This document shows positions 25,479-34,575 of a stretch of 56,034 bases of DNA, piece by piece; positions within the stretch are counted from its first letter, which is position 1, and every line of letters begins with the position of its first letter. The notes under the pieces were generated by a model that did not search any database, had not been told where the DNA came from, and saw nothing but the letters and a program-made list of their open reading frames with translations. The DNA is from an uncultured Endomicrobiia bacterium (GTDB lineage Bacteria; Elusimicrobiota; Endomicrobiia; Endomicrobiales; Endomicrobiaceae). The stretch is taken from NCBI GenBank assembly GCA_905234925.1, contig CAJOJJ010000001.1, positions 1-56,034 of the forward strand. Direction: 5' to 3'. Made by a program: the position numbers and the translations under genes.

Positions 25479-28295
25479 TTATCTGCAGAGATAATAGTAC
25501 GGGCAACGATTACAATCAACATCATCATAACTTTCCGCTTTAAACGGTTCGTCGCCGTTAATTTCCGCAATTATATATTTCATTTGTTCTATTGCTTCCT
25601 CATAAACTTTCCGTTTATCTTGTTTCGGTCCGAACAATCCTTTCAAACTGCCCGTTCTTAAAGAATAAAGATAACAATTATCTGCCTGTCTGCCGAATTT
25701 TTGCTCATATAAATACTTATACAATATCAGCTGAAAAGATTTTATGTTTCCGGCAATAATTTCTCTGGTCCATCCGGTCTTGTTTTCAATATATTTTCTG
25801 CTGCTCAAAGGAGCATTAACCGTTCCAGTTTTATAATCTATTATTTCAACAGTTCCGTCCTCTCTTTCGTCTATTCTGTCTATCCTCGCTTCCAAGTTAT
25901 AATCCTTATCGTTTATGTTTATCGTGGAATTTAAAACGAGTTCTGAACCGATAATTTTCGTAAAAGGTCTTTTAAGTTCATTAACATAAAAATTTTCTAT
26001 TTTATGCCTTATAAGTTTTTTTAGGAGATAGTTTTTCCCCGTATTATTATTACTGAAATATTTTTCCAGATATTCATCAAGTTTTTTATAAAACATCTCC
26101 TTAAAAATTGTATCATTCAGTTTTTCTTTTGTCAACCCTTCGGAAAGAGTCTCTTTAAAAAATTCATGGATACAGTTCCCTATATCGATATTTTCGTACT
26201 CGTCATCATAGTCGGTCTGTTCTATAAGCCTTAAAACGAACTTATAATAGAACTTCAATTTGCATCTGAGATACGTATCTATATTTGTTGCGGAATAATG
26301 AAATTCCGAAAGATATTTCTTTATCTCGTCGGTTTTTGCATATTCGTTTTTTGTTCGTTTTTCGGAAGAACCTGCAATAAAAATATTTTTCACATCCATT
26401 GCAGAAAGAGATTTTTCTTTAAATTGCTTATTCCAAATAATCTCTTCCACAAACCTGCTTCTTACGGAATCATTATCCTTGGGATATATCAACGATACTT
26501 TCTTTGCGGAAGAAATTAAAGACATAAAATGATATTTTTGAATATCAACTTCTCTGCCGGAATAACCTATTCCCAAAGAAACGGAAATATCTTTCGGTAT
26601 AAGCGGGCTGACATCCGAAAGCGACGGCAGGACGGAATCGGTCATGGACAAAATAAAAACATTGTCGAAACTTAATCCTCTTGCTTCCATCAGCCCTAAA
26701 ACCTGAAGTCCTTTCAAAGGACTTCCTATAAGGCTGATGCTGCCCTTAAGCAGAACATCTTCAAGTATCGTCAATATTTCTTTGGAAGCAAATATCTCGT
26801 CGGCACAAATACAGTTGATAAACTGCCCCGCAATATCATAAATGATATTTAAAGCTCCTACGTTAAACGGATATGTATTTATCAAACTTTTTTCCGATAC
26901 GGTATCGGCAATATTTTTAATATAATTACCGAACTCTTTCATTGTAACAAAGCTGCCGAAATTTATTATAAACAACCGAAAAATATCGGCCATTATCTCT
27001 TTTACTCTGTCCGGAGAGACCGGCTTCCAATAAGCCGAAACTTTTTTTGAAATAATTCCGCACAAAGTTTCGTTATTTATTATTTCTTCAGGTGTGATAA
27101 ACATATATCTTTTAAACAGGGCATCATCGTTAAACCTGTCAAAATTTTTTACTATTTCGTGTACAATAATTCTTGTAACTTCGGGATTTCCTACAAATCT
27201 GATATTTTTAACAAGCGGATTGGATATTATCGAGATAATATCCTTAACATAATATTTATTGCCGCTTTTATTTTTTTGAGCCTGAATTAAAGAATTGATT
27301 AAAGAAAAAACCGTCGTCTTTTTGGCAGGATAACCGACCGCTATATTGATATCTTTGCATATGCCGTAAAGTTCGCTCATAACGGATTGAAGAATGGAAT
27401 TGTCCGGCACAATTACAACGGTATTTTTTCTTTCCTGTTCGGAAAGTTTAAGTATTAAATCTTTTACCAAACACGCCTGCGACTGTCCGTCGTAAGCCGC
27501 ATAAATATCCGTATTGTCGTTAAAGACATCTTTTACTTTAGCAACATTCGTAATATTAAAATCTCCGTAAAACTTTTTAATTGCAGTCCAGTTTTCGGAA
27601 TTACCTTTTAATATAACTTCCAGTTTACCGTCGTCGAAAATTTGTTTAAATAAATCCGTTTCGGATTTGTTTAAATAATACGGATTAAACAAAATTACTT
27701 TTTTATATTTATCAAAATATTTTAATACGCTCTTGTCGGCATTATAGTAGCTGTAGCCTCTTGTGGACTTTTTTGTTTCGTCAAGTTTTTTGTGAAACAA
27801 AATTCTTATCTCATGCAAATATTTTAAAAGTTCGTTTATATTTTCCGGCAGGTCATAACCTATATCGGCATTTGCTTTTAAATTTAACAGTTTGGAATTA
27901 TCTACTTTTTCCACGTCGAGAGAATTGATAAAATTCAGTATTTCATAACTCCACTGAAAAAATTCCGAAAAGTTGAATTGAGAAAACGCATTTTTGCCGA
28001 TACCTGTTTTTACTATTTCGTATATGGTATAAGCACTGTCGATATTTGAAATTTTTGAAATATTATTTTGTTTATCTATCTCGTTTATCAGTTCATCAAA
28101 TGTCAAAAATTTCGGCGGAATAAAAGATTTTTTTATTTTTTGGGAAAGTTCTCTTTTTATGAAAAGACTAGGTCTTTTAGACGGCATAACAACCGCAATT
28201 TCTTCAAAAGAAATGCCGTCACGACGCAACCCAAGAATATAATCTGCAGCATATGTTACAATATTGTCGTTAAGAGAAAGATTAAATACCGCCAC
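25479..28295 (-). CDS. AddB/RexB-like PD-(D/E)XK nuclease family protein with C-terminal iron-sulfur staple, no Walker A
   Basis: 938 aa. The nuclease motif is ARIDRIDEREDGTVEIIDYKTG ... QLILYKYL. The Cys pattern is an upstream Cys (YLRCKLKFYY) plus CNRCPYYYLC at the C-terminus, as in AddB. No P-loop occurs in the N-terminal inactivated-helicase region. Confidence 0.7.
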   Translation of the reverse strand: MAVFNLSLNDNIVTYAADYILGLRRDGISFEEIAVVMPSKRPSLFIKRELSQKIKKSFIPPKFLTFDELINEIDKQNNISKISNIDSAYTIYEIVKTGIGKNAFSQFNFSEFFQWSYEILNFINSLDVEKVDNSKLLNLKANADIGYDLPENINELLKYLHEIRILFHKKLDETKKSTRGYSYYNADKSVLKYFDKYKKVILFNPYYLNKSETDLFKQIFDDGKLEVILKGNSENWTAIKKFYGDFNITNVAKVKDVFNDNTDIYAAYDGQSQACLVKDLILKLSEQERKNTVVIVPDNSILQSVMSELYGICKDINIAVGYPAKKTTVFSLINSLIQAQKNKSGNKYYVKDIISIISNPLVKNIRFVGNPEVTRIIVHEIVKNFDRFNDDALFKRYMFITPEEIINNETLCGIISKKVSAYWKPVSPDRVKEIMADIFRLFIINFGSFVTMKEFGNYIKNIADTVSEKSLINTYPFNVGALNIIYDIAGQFINCICADEIFASKEILTILEDVLLKGSISLIGSPLKGLQVLGLMEARGLSFDNVFILSMTDSVLPSLSDVSPLIPKDISVSLGIGYSGREVDIQKYHFMSLISSAKKVSLIYPKDNDSVRSRFVEEIIWNKQFKEKSLSAMDVKNIFIAGSSEKRTKNEYAKTDEIKKYLSEFHYSATNIDTYLRCKLKFYYKFVLRLIEQTDYDDEYENIDIGNCIHEFFKETLSEGLTKEKLNDTIFKEMFYKKLDEYLEKYFSNNNTGKNYLLKKLIRHKIENFYVNELKRPFTKIIGSELVLNSTININDKDYNLEARIDRIDEREDGTVEIIDYKTGTVNAPLSSRKYIENKTGWTREIIAGNIKSFQLILYKYLYEQKFGRQADNCYLYSLRTGSLKGLFGPKQDKRKVYEEAIEQMKYIIAEINGDEPFKAESYDDVDCNRCPYYYLCR

Positions 28296-28393
28296 GAAAA
28301 ACTTACTCCTTAAAATAACGCAATTTTAACAAAGCCCTATTATACAATATTTATTTTAAAACGACAAGAAAGAAGAAAAATATCTAAAAAATA

Positions 28394-29900
28394 TTAAAAC
28401 AAGAAATTGATTATATTTATATAATCAACCATAGACTTTTCAGATGTAACAAAATATCCTGCATTGGGAAGGCTGAACAACAAAGAAATGTTTATAAAAA
28501 CAGAATAGAAAAACATTAAAATAAATAAAATATTAATCAAAGTTTTTTCTTTTTTATTTTTTATTCCGTTAAATATAAAATTATAAACTGCGACGGAAAT
28601 AATCATCATTATTGAAAGATACTCAAAGAAAAATCTGTTTACCATTCCCACAAAACTTGTTACAATCAAACTTATTAATGCCGCACAAAACATTACCGTT
28701 ATAAGGATAACGGAATTTTTATTTTCTTTATAAGATTTTTTTATAAAATACGGAACCGAAAGCAAAAATATTATTACAGGACTTGTCCATAAAATTCCGG
28801 CAATCCATTCATTACCAACGGAGTGCCCGGCTGCTTTTACCAAAGAAAAAACGGTATATCCGCTCATCTGAGGCAATGTGAATAAATTATTTACCAAACC
28901 CGTAATACAGTCTCTCAGATTAGGGACATATGTACCTATCATACAGCCGTTCAATTGATGCTTTAAGCCAAAATCAAAAACGGAATCAAACCTTAAATAA
29001 TTATATAATGATAAAAAAACACCTATTACTATACACGGTATTATAAAAATAAAGGCATGTTTTATTACAAACTTCAGTCTTTTTGTTTGAATATAACTTG
29101 TAAAACAAACCGCCATAAGAAACAGCGGGATAAATAATACATAATACGGACGAGCACCTACTGAAAGACTGAGCAGAAGCCCAAGCATAAAAACAAAAAA
29201 AACTGATTTTTGGCAGTTCTTTATATAGATGAAAAATATTAAAAAAGATGTCAACAATAAAACATTGGCAGTTATTATTGCAGATTCATATATGGAACTT
29301 CTTATCAACAAAAACGGGAGCCAGTTGCAAAAGCCTATAAAAAACACACATAAAAGGCTGTTCGGCTGTTCGGCTCAATTTAAAAGTCAAAAATAACGAC
29401 AACAAAAATGAAAAACATCCTAAAACAAAAACTAACAATTTATCGGATAAATATAATCCCGTAATCAAATTAAAAGGAAGATAAAACAGCAATACCGGAG
29501 TTATACCAAAATATAAATATATTTTGTTATTATATAAGCTTGTGTCTTGAAAAAAATTTTTAATAATATCATCAACATTTTCCGTCAAGAATACACCATA
29601 ATCCAAACAAAATCTTTTTTCTTTTAAGGAATCAACCAACATATTGTAATAGTTATAGCAGGAAGAAAATGATTTTATTCCTTGCGAGGTATCCAAGCTG
29701 TAATACATTTCATGTATAGGACACAAATAAATTTGTTCCGTAGGTAAAAAATTCTCTTTATGAAAAAAATTTGTTTCCAAAAACAAATAGCCTGCCATAA
29801 CAATAAATACGGCAAACATAAAAAATATTTTTGTATATCTTGGAAATATGATGGGCAAAAAAGAAAACAAAACTAAAAAAAGAATTAAAAGCGGCAGCAT
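28394..29900 (-). pseudogene. polytopic membrane protein (GT-C-like glycosyltransferase fold suspected) split by a +1 frameshift in a homopolymer
   Basis: ORFs 29286..29900 and 28394..29347 overlap and are both multi-TM. Removing one T from the coding-strand T6 run (plus-strand A6 at 29339-29344) joins them into one ~501-aa reading frame (...EQPFMCVF-IGFCNWLPF...). The family call is weak. Confidence 0.55.
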
Positions 29901-29950
29901 TTATTACCTTTTCAAACTTTATATTATCTAAAAAAACTACATAAAATTTT

Positions 29951-30646
29951 TTATGTACGGGATAAGCCGCCTAAAGCTTTCTTCTGTTCTTTTATTACTT
30001 GGACAATTCCTTTTTTAGCAGAATCAAGCATTTTATCAAGGTCTTTTCTGGAAAAAGTATGCCCTTCTGCCGTACCTTGCACTTCGACAAGTTCGCCGTT
30101 ATCAAGCATAACAACATTCATATCAATATCGGCAACATTATCTTCTTTTGCCGATAAATCCAGCACCATTTCATCGCCGACAAAACCTACGCTTATTGCG
30201 GCAAGATAACCTTTTAAAGGGAAAGTTTTAATTAATTTCTGTTCGTGAAGTTTCTTCAGTGCCAAAGCAAGTGCAATAAAACCACCGTTGATTGATGCGG
30301 TTCTTGTTCCTCCGTCGGCTCTTATAACATCACAATCTATGGTAATGGTTCTTTTACCTAATTTTTCTAAATCAACACAGGCTCTTAATGCTCTGCCTAT
30401 GAGACGAGAAATTTCCTGCGCTCTTCCGTTCTGCAATTTTTTTCTGGATATTCTTTCATTGCAGGATCTGGGCATCATGGAATATTCAGCCGTTACCCAG
30501 CCTTGCTCTTTTTTTTCCGCTTCAATGAAAGGAGGAACTTTTTCTTCTACGGTAGCTACACACAAAACTTTTGTTTCTCCCAACGAAAATATGCAGGAAC
30601 CCTCCGCATGCGGTAAGTAGTCTTTTTCTATTTTTATTTTTCTCAT
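29951..30646 (-). CDS. rph: ribonuclease PH
   Basis: LPHAEGSCIFSLGETKVLC, the RALRACVDL pattern and CDVIRADGGTRTASINGGFIAL are RNase PH motifs. Confidence 0.93.
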   Translation of the reverse strand: MRKIKIEKDYLPHAEGSCIFSLGETKVLCVATVEEKVPPFIEAEKKEQGWVTAEYSMMPRSCNERISRKKLQNGRAQEISRLIGRALRACVDLEKLGKRTITIDCDVIRADGGTRTASINGGFIALALALKKLHEQKLIKTFPLKGYLAAISVGFVGDEMVLDLSAKEDNVADIDMNVVMLDNGELVEVQGTAEGHTFSRKDLDKMLDSAKKGIVQVIKEQKKALGGLSRT

Positions 30647-30661
30647 TTATTTTCTCCTTTT

Positions 30662-31852
30662 TCAACTACGGTATGAGCCGTTGATTTTAACATAATCATA
30701 TGAAAAATCACAAGTATAATATTTTGCAAATTGTTTTCCTGCTTTAATATCTATCGTAATCTGACATTCTTTTTGTTGTAAAATTTTCTTTGCCTTTTTT
30801 TCATCAAATTTGACAGCCATGCCGTCTTTTGCCGTCATAATATCACCTATATAAATATCAACTCTGTCGGGATTAACTTTTACTCCTGCACGCCCGAGAG
30901 CTGCAAGAATCCTACCCCAATTTGCATCAGAACCGAAAAATGCCGTCTTGACAAGAGGAGAAGTTGCAATTGTCGATGCGATTTTTTCTGCATCTTCTCT
31001 TTTTTTTGCATTCTTAACGAAAATCTCAATCATTCTCGTTGCACCTTCGCCGTCACTCGCCATCATTTTTGCAAGTTTTAAAGTAACTTCATTTAATGCT
31101 TCCTGAAATATTTCCAAATCTTTTGCATCAAGTTTTCCGGTATCACTTTGACCGTTTGCCATAAGCAAAACCGTATCGTTTGTGGAAGTATCTCCATCAA
31201 CGGATATACAGTTATAAGACTGTCTCACTGCCACTTCCAAAACTCTTTGCAGTTGCTTTTGATATAATTGTGCATCGGTTAAAATAAACGACAACATTGT
31301 TGCATGCAAGCCCTGAAGATTGGGATGAATCATTCCCGCACCTTTTGTACATGCCCATATTTTTATTTCACCCGTTGATACTTTAATTTTCTTTGAAATA
31401 TATTTCGGATAAGTATCCGTAGTCATTATCGATGTTACTGCAGCAAGTTCGTCTTTCTTTTTTATCGTATCAACAAGTTTAGGAACAGCTTTAACCATTT
31501 TATCTACCGGAAGAAAATCCCCGATAACTCCCGTAGATGCTGCAAGAATATCCGTATCAGAAATTTTAAGATGTTTGGCAACTTCTTTACAGACTATAAG
31601 AGCATCTCTTTTACCTTGCTTTCCCGTGCAGGCATTGGCACAACCGGAATTGGCAACTATTGCCTGAAAAAGCCTGTACTTTTTTATTCTGTCTATATCA
31701 ATCAAAACCGGTGCAGATTTTACCAAACTTCCGGTAAACATACCTGCCACCGTGCAGGGACTATCCGAAAAAAACAATGCAAAATCATTTTTGTTTTTAT
31801 TTTTTGCTATACCGCTGTGAATTCCACCGCAATAAAAACCTTTAGGTAACAT
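30662..31852 (-). CDS. argJ: bifunctional ornithine acetyltransferase / N-acetylglutamate synthase
   Basis: PKGF..GG..SGIAKN is at the N-terminus. The autoprocessing region is KGAGMIHPNLQGLHATMLSFILTD (ATML). The start is moved to the ATG at 31852 (RBS AAAGGAG); the ORF-track extension reads through repeats. Confidence 0.92.
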   Translation of the reverse strand: MLPKGFYCGGIHSGIAKNKNKNDFALFFSDSPCTVAGMFTGSLVKSAPVLIDIDRIKKYRLFQAIVANSGCANACTGKQGKRDALIVCKEVAKHLKISDTDILAASTGVIGDFLPVDKMVKAVPKLVDTIKKKDELAAVTSIMTTDTYPKYISKKIKVSTGEIKIWACTKGAGMIHPNLQGLHATMLSFILTDAQLYQKQLQRVLEVAVRQSYNCISVDGDTSTNDTVLLMANGQSDTGKLDAKDLEIFQEALNEVTLKLAKMMASDGEGATRMIEIFVKNAKKREDAEKIASTIATSPLVKTAFFGSDANWGRILAALGRAGVKVNPDRVDIYIGDIMTAKDGMAVKFDEKKAKKILQQKECQITIDIKAGKQFAKYYTCDFSYDYVKINGSYRS

Positions 31853-31867
31853 TTTATTTTCTCCTTT

Positions 31868-31955
31868 GAAAATTTGCTTTGCAAATTTTAGCTGAAAAGC
31901 TGAGAAGCTGAAGAGCTGAAAAGTTTTCGGTAAAAAATTGTTTTGCAAATTTTTT
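31868..31955. repeat. repeat modules F-E-F upstream of argJ
   Basis: The modules are GAAAATTTGC-TTT-GCAAATTTTA (31868-31889), AGCTGAAA AGCTGAGA AGCTGAAG AGCTGAAA (31889-31924, period 8) and AAAAATTG-TTTT-GCAAATTTTT (31933-31955). Confidence 0.9.
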
Positions 31956-32064
31956 GTTTTTTACATGAATAGAATTGAATTCTAATTTTGATATTATACA
32001 TTATTTTTGATAAAAAAGCTAAGATTTTATTGAAAATATTTTCAATTATTTATATATTATATCT

Positions 32065-33408
32065 ATGAATAAAAATATTTTGGCTGTAATAGTTTCTTAT
32101 AATCCTGATAATTCAATAATTAAATTATATAATTCAATCAAAGAACAAGTTGATGAGTTAATAATTGTCGACAACGCATCAACGGAAGAAGAATCAAGAA
32201 AAATCTTAGAAGAGCTGTCTCAAAAATTGAAAATAATTTATAACAATAAAAATCTCGGTATTGCTACAGCATTAAATCAAGGTGCGAAATATGCAATAGA
32301 AAACGAATATAAATGGTTGTTGACTCTTGACCAAGACAGTGAATTTTTTCCCCACACTTACGAAACTTTGCTTGCTTCTTATAAAAATATGCCGGATAAA
32401 GACGATGTTATGCTGATTGCACCGAAATACAAAGAACGACAATGTATAATGTACAATGTACAATGTACAATAAAAGACAACGACAAAGAACGGCAATGTA
32501 CAATAAACGACAAAATGACAAAAGATTTGAAAATTAGAAAGGAAAGTAATGTTTTATGGAAAGAAGTTATATTAAATCTTACTTCAGGAAGTTTAATAAA
32601 GACTGAAAGTTTTAAGAAAATAGGATTTTTCGACGAGAAACTTTTTATAGATCAAGTTGATAACGATTATTGTTATCGTTTAAAAAAGGCAGGATACAAA
32701 ACAAAAATTGCACAGAATATTTTATTCCTGCACAAGCTCGGCAACTCAAAAAAGAAACTTTGGTTTATAATAACAAACCATTCACCGATAAGGAGATATT
32801 ATCTTGCAAGAAATTCGACCACAATGTTAAAAAGATATTTTTTCGTTGCTCCCTACACGACGGTAAGATACTTTTTGGGAGGAACAATTTTCGGTTGGAT
32901 AAAAATACTTTTATTTGAAAAAAATAAGTTTAAGAAGATTTTCTATGGGATAAAAGGAATGTTAGAGGAAGTATACAAACTTAATATCAAAAAAAACAAT
33001 ACTAAATCAATAAAAAAAATTATTCCTTTAAAAAATTTTTTAGGAAAAGAATTTATAGGATATTCAGGACAAGATGCAATAGATAAAATTTATAAAGAAA
33101 AACAAGGATATATAAAAAATGCTTTTTACAGAAAAGATATAGGATACATTACATTAGCTTGGGGAAATGAGGAAAGTGGATTGTGCCATATTATAAAAAG
33201 AAGAACTGAACAAAAAATTGATATTTCTATATTTTTATCCGATTTATCTGACATAATAATTAAAGGGAATTTATATAAAAACAAAAAAAGTTCTTCCAGA
33301 CGAAATATTTGGTATAATGGAAAAATCGTTATTATAGAAACAACATATTATGGAAAAAATTTAAATTGGATTGTATCGAGTTTTAACCAAAGAAAAGAAC
33401 CTAAATAA
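32065..33408 (+). CDS. family 2 glycosyltransferase (rhamnosyltransferase-like) fused to a ~120-aa C-terminal domain resembling BECR-fold (Barnase/EndoU/colicin-E5/RelE-like) nucleases
   Basis: The N-terminus ILAVIVSYNPDN...ELIIVDNAST...LLTLDQDS...FIDQVDNDYCYRLKKAGYK fits GT2. The C-terminus AIDKIYKEKQGYIKNAFYRKDIGYITLAWGNEESGLCHIIKRRTEQKID...WYNGKIVIIE...WIVSSFNQRK matches, from memory only, the PBECR-type motif. No stop codon separates the two parts. Confidence 0.75.
   Translation: MNKNILAVIVSYNPDNSIIKLYNSIKEQVDELIIVDNASTEEESRKILEELSQKLKIIYNNKNLGIATALNQGAKYAIENEYKWLLTLDQDSEFFPHTYETLLASYKNMPDKDDVMLIAPKYKERQCIMYNVQCTIKDNDKERQCTINDKMTKDLKIRKESNVLWKEVILNLTSGSLIKTESFKKIGFFDEKLFIDQVDNDYCYRLKKAGYKTKIAQNILFLHKLGNSKKKLWFIITNHSPIRRYYLARNSTTMLKRYFFVAPYTTVRYFLGGTIFGWIKILLFEKNKFKKIFYGIKGMLEEVYKLNIKKNNTKSIKKIIPLKNFLGKEFIGYSGQDAIDKIYKEKQGYIKNAFYRKDIGYITLAWGNEESGLCHIIKRRTEQKIDISIFLSDLSDIIIKGNLYKNKKSSSRRNIWYNGKIVIIETTYYGKNLNWIVSSFNQRKEPK
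32434..32523 (+). repeat. module A repeat inserted in frame inside the glycosyltransferase
   Basis: GAACGACAATGTATAATGTACAATGTACAATGTACAATAAAAGACAACGACAAAGAACGGCAATGTACAATAAACGACAAAATGACAAAAG is translated as ERQCIMYNVQCTIKDNDKERQCTINDKMTK. This is the same frame and near-identical peptide as in the pilin leader (EKQCAMYNVQCTINDNGNERQ). Confidence 0.85.
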
Positions 33409-33410
33409 GG

Positions 33411-33441
33411 TGGAATAATACGATGCGGTGTATTCCTTTTT
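33411..33441 (+). terminator. weak rho-independent terminator candidate after the glycosyltransferase gene
   Basis: GGAATA-(13 nt)-TATTCC is followed by TTTTT, 3 nt after the stop codon. The stem is short, so confidence is low. Confidence 0.35.
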
Positions 33442-33524
33442 GGATTAAGCACTATACTCATCTCTTAATCCCTTAATTAGGTTCTTGTATATATTATAAT
33501 TCAAATTTCCCAAAAAGTCAAGAT

Positions 33525-34451
33525 TTAAAACTTAAAAGATAAACTAATAAAGTGGGAGCCATACGACTCTTTAATCTTCAACGGCATTTCAAAAGCATAA
33601 TCGGCTGTCAATACGGTGTTATTGGAAAATTCAAAGCTGTATCCGAAACCGAAATCAAAAGCTTCTTCCCTGCCGCCTAATCTTATCGCCAATTTTCTGT
33701 TAAGAAGATAAGATTCTGCACCTAATTTAAGAGTAGTCTCATTATCTCTGAAGAGTATATCTGCCGCAATGGTAAAGTAAGGAATCTTTACGTAAGGCAG
33801 CATATCGTTATAATAACTTAAACCTAAAACATTTACGTTTTTAACTTCATCTTTTTCCAAATATCCGATATCTGCAGGAACAAGATATTTACTACTGTAA
33901 CCTATACCTATACCGTTGGAAAAAAGTGCCATAAAACCGATATCCGCAGTCATTGCACCCTTGGAACTTTCCAAATCTTTATCTTCTTCGTCAAACTTAG
34001 TTTCCTGCATTAAATATTTTGCATTGACACCGGCACTTAACTCTACAAAATCACTGTCTATTCTTAAAATATCATTCAATGTTCTTGCATAACCGACGTT
34101 AAAAGTATCTTCTCTTCTTAAGCCCGGCACAGCAGTTGATGACCACGCAAAAGATATCGCACCCCATTCCGGAGATATAGGATAAATATATCCGAAATAG
34201 TTTGCTGAAATTTCTACTCCGTCTACTCCTGCAAAAAGCCTTGAACCCATAAGGGTAACTTCCTGCTGATTTGCAAATGCTATACCTGAAATATTATACA
34301 AAGGGGCATTTGCATCATTACCGACTGCAGTATATGCTCCGCCCATACCTAATGCACGTACTCCCCAGTAGGTATCGACAAAAGCTGCTTGAACGCTCTG
34401 TACTGCTGCAAACATTATTAAGAGTGATGTTAATACTAATATTTTTTTCAT
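33525..34451 (-). CDS. outer-membrane beta-barrel protein, PorV / TraF_2 / UPF0164-like
   Basis: The signal peptide is MKKILVLTSLLIMFAAVQSVQA. The motif GVRALGMGGAYTAVGNDANAPLYNISGIA is typical of this barrel class. It has alternating beta pattern throughout and a C-terminal ...ISLSFKF (terminal Phe). Confidence 0.65.
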   Translation of the reverse strand: MKKILVLTSLLIMFAAVQSVQAAFVDTYWGVRALGMGGAYTAVGNDANAPLYNISGIAFANQQEVTLMGSRLFAGVDGVEISANYFGYIYPISPEWGAISFAWSSTAVPGLRREDTFNVGYARTLNDILRIDSDFVELSAGVNAKYLMQETKFDEEDKDLESSKGAMTADIGFMALFSNGIGIGYSSKYLVPADIGYLEKDEVKNVNVLGLSYYNDMLPYVKIPYFTIAADILFRDNETTLKLGAESYLLNRKLAIRLGGREEAFDFGFGYSFEFSNNTVLTADYAFEMPLKIKESYGSHFISLSFKF

Positions 34452-34575
34452 AATTTACTTTTTAACTACAGATTTCTCACACTCACTTCGTTCGGTTCGA
34501 AATGACAACCCTTTTTATTTGTCGTCTAAACGAGCTTCTGTCCGAAGAATTCTGTCTTTAACCTTAAGAAAAACT

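Noticed and set aside
29356-29375. 8-bp tandem duplication GGCTGTTC GGCTGTTC considered as the cause of the membrane-protein frameshift
   Set aside because: Deleting one copy puts the upstream frame into the third frame, which hits a stop almost at once. Only a 1-nt change in the adjacent T6/A6 run joins the two ORFs.
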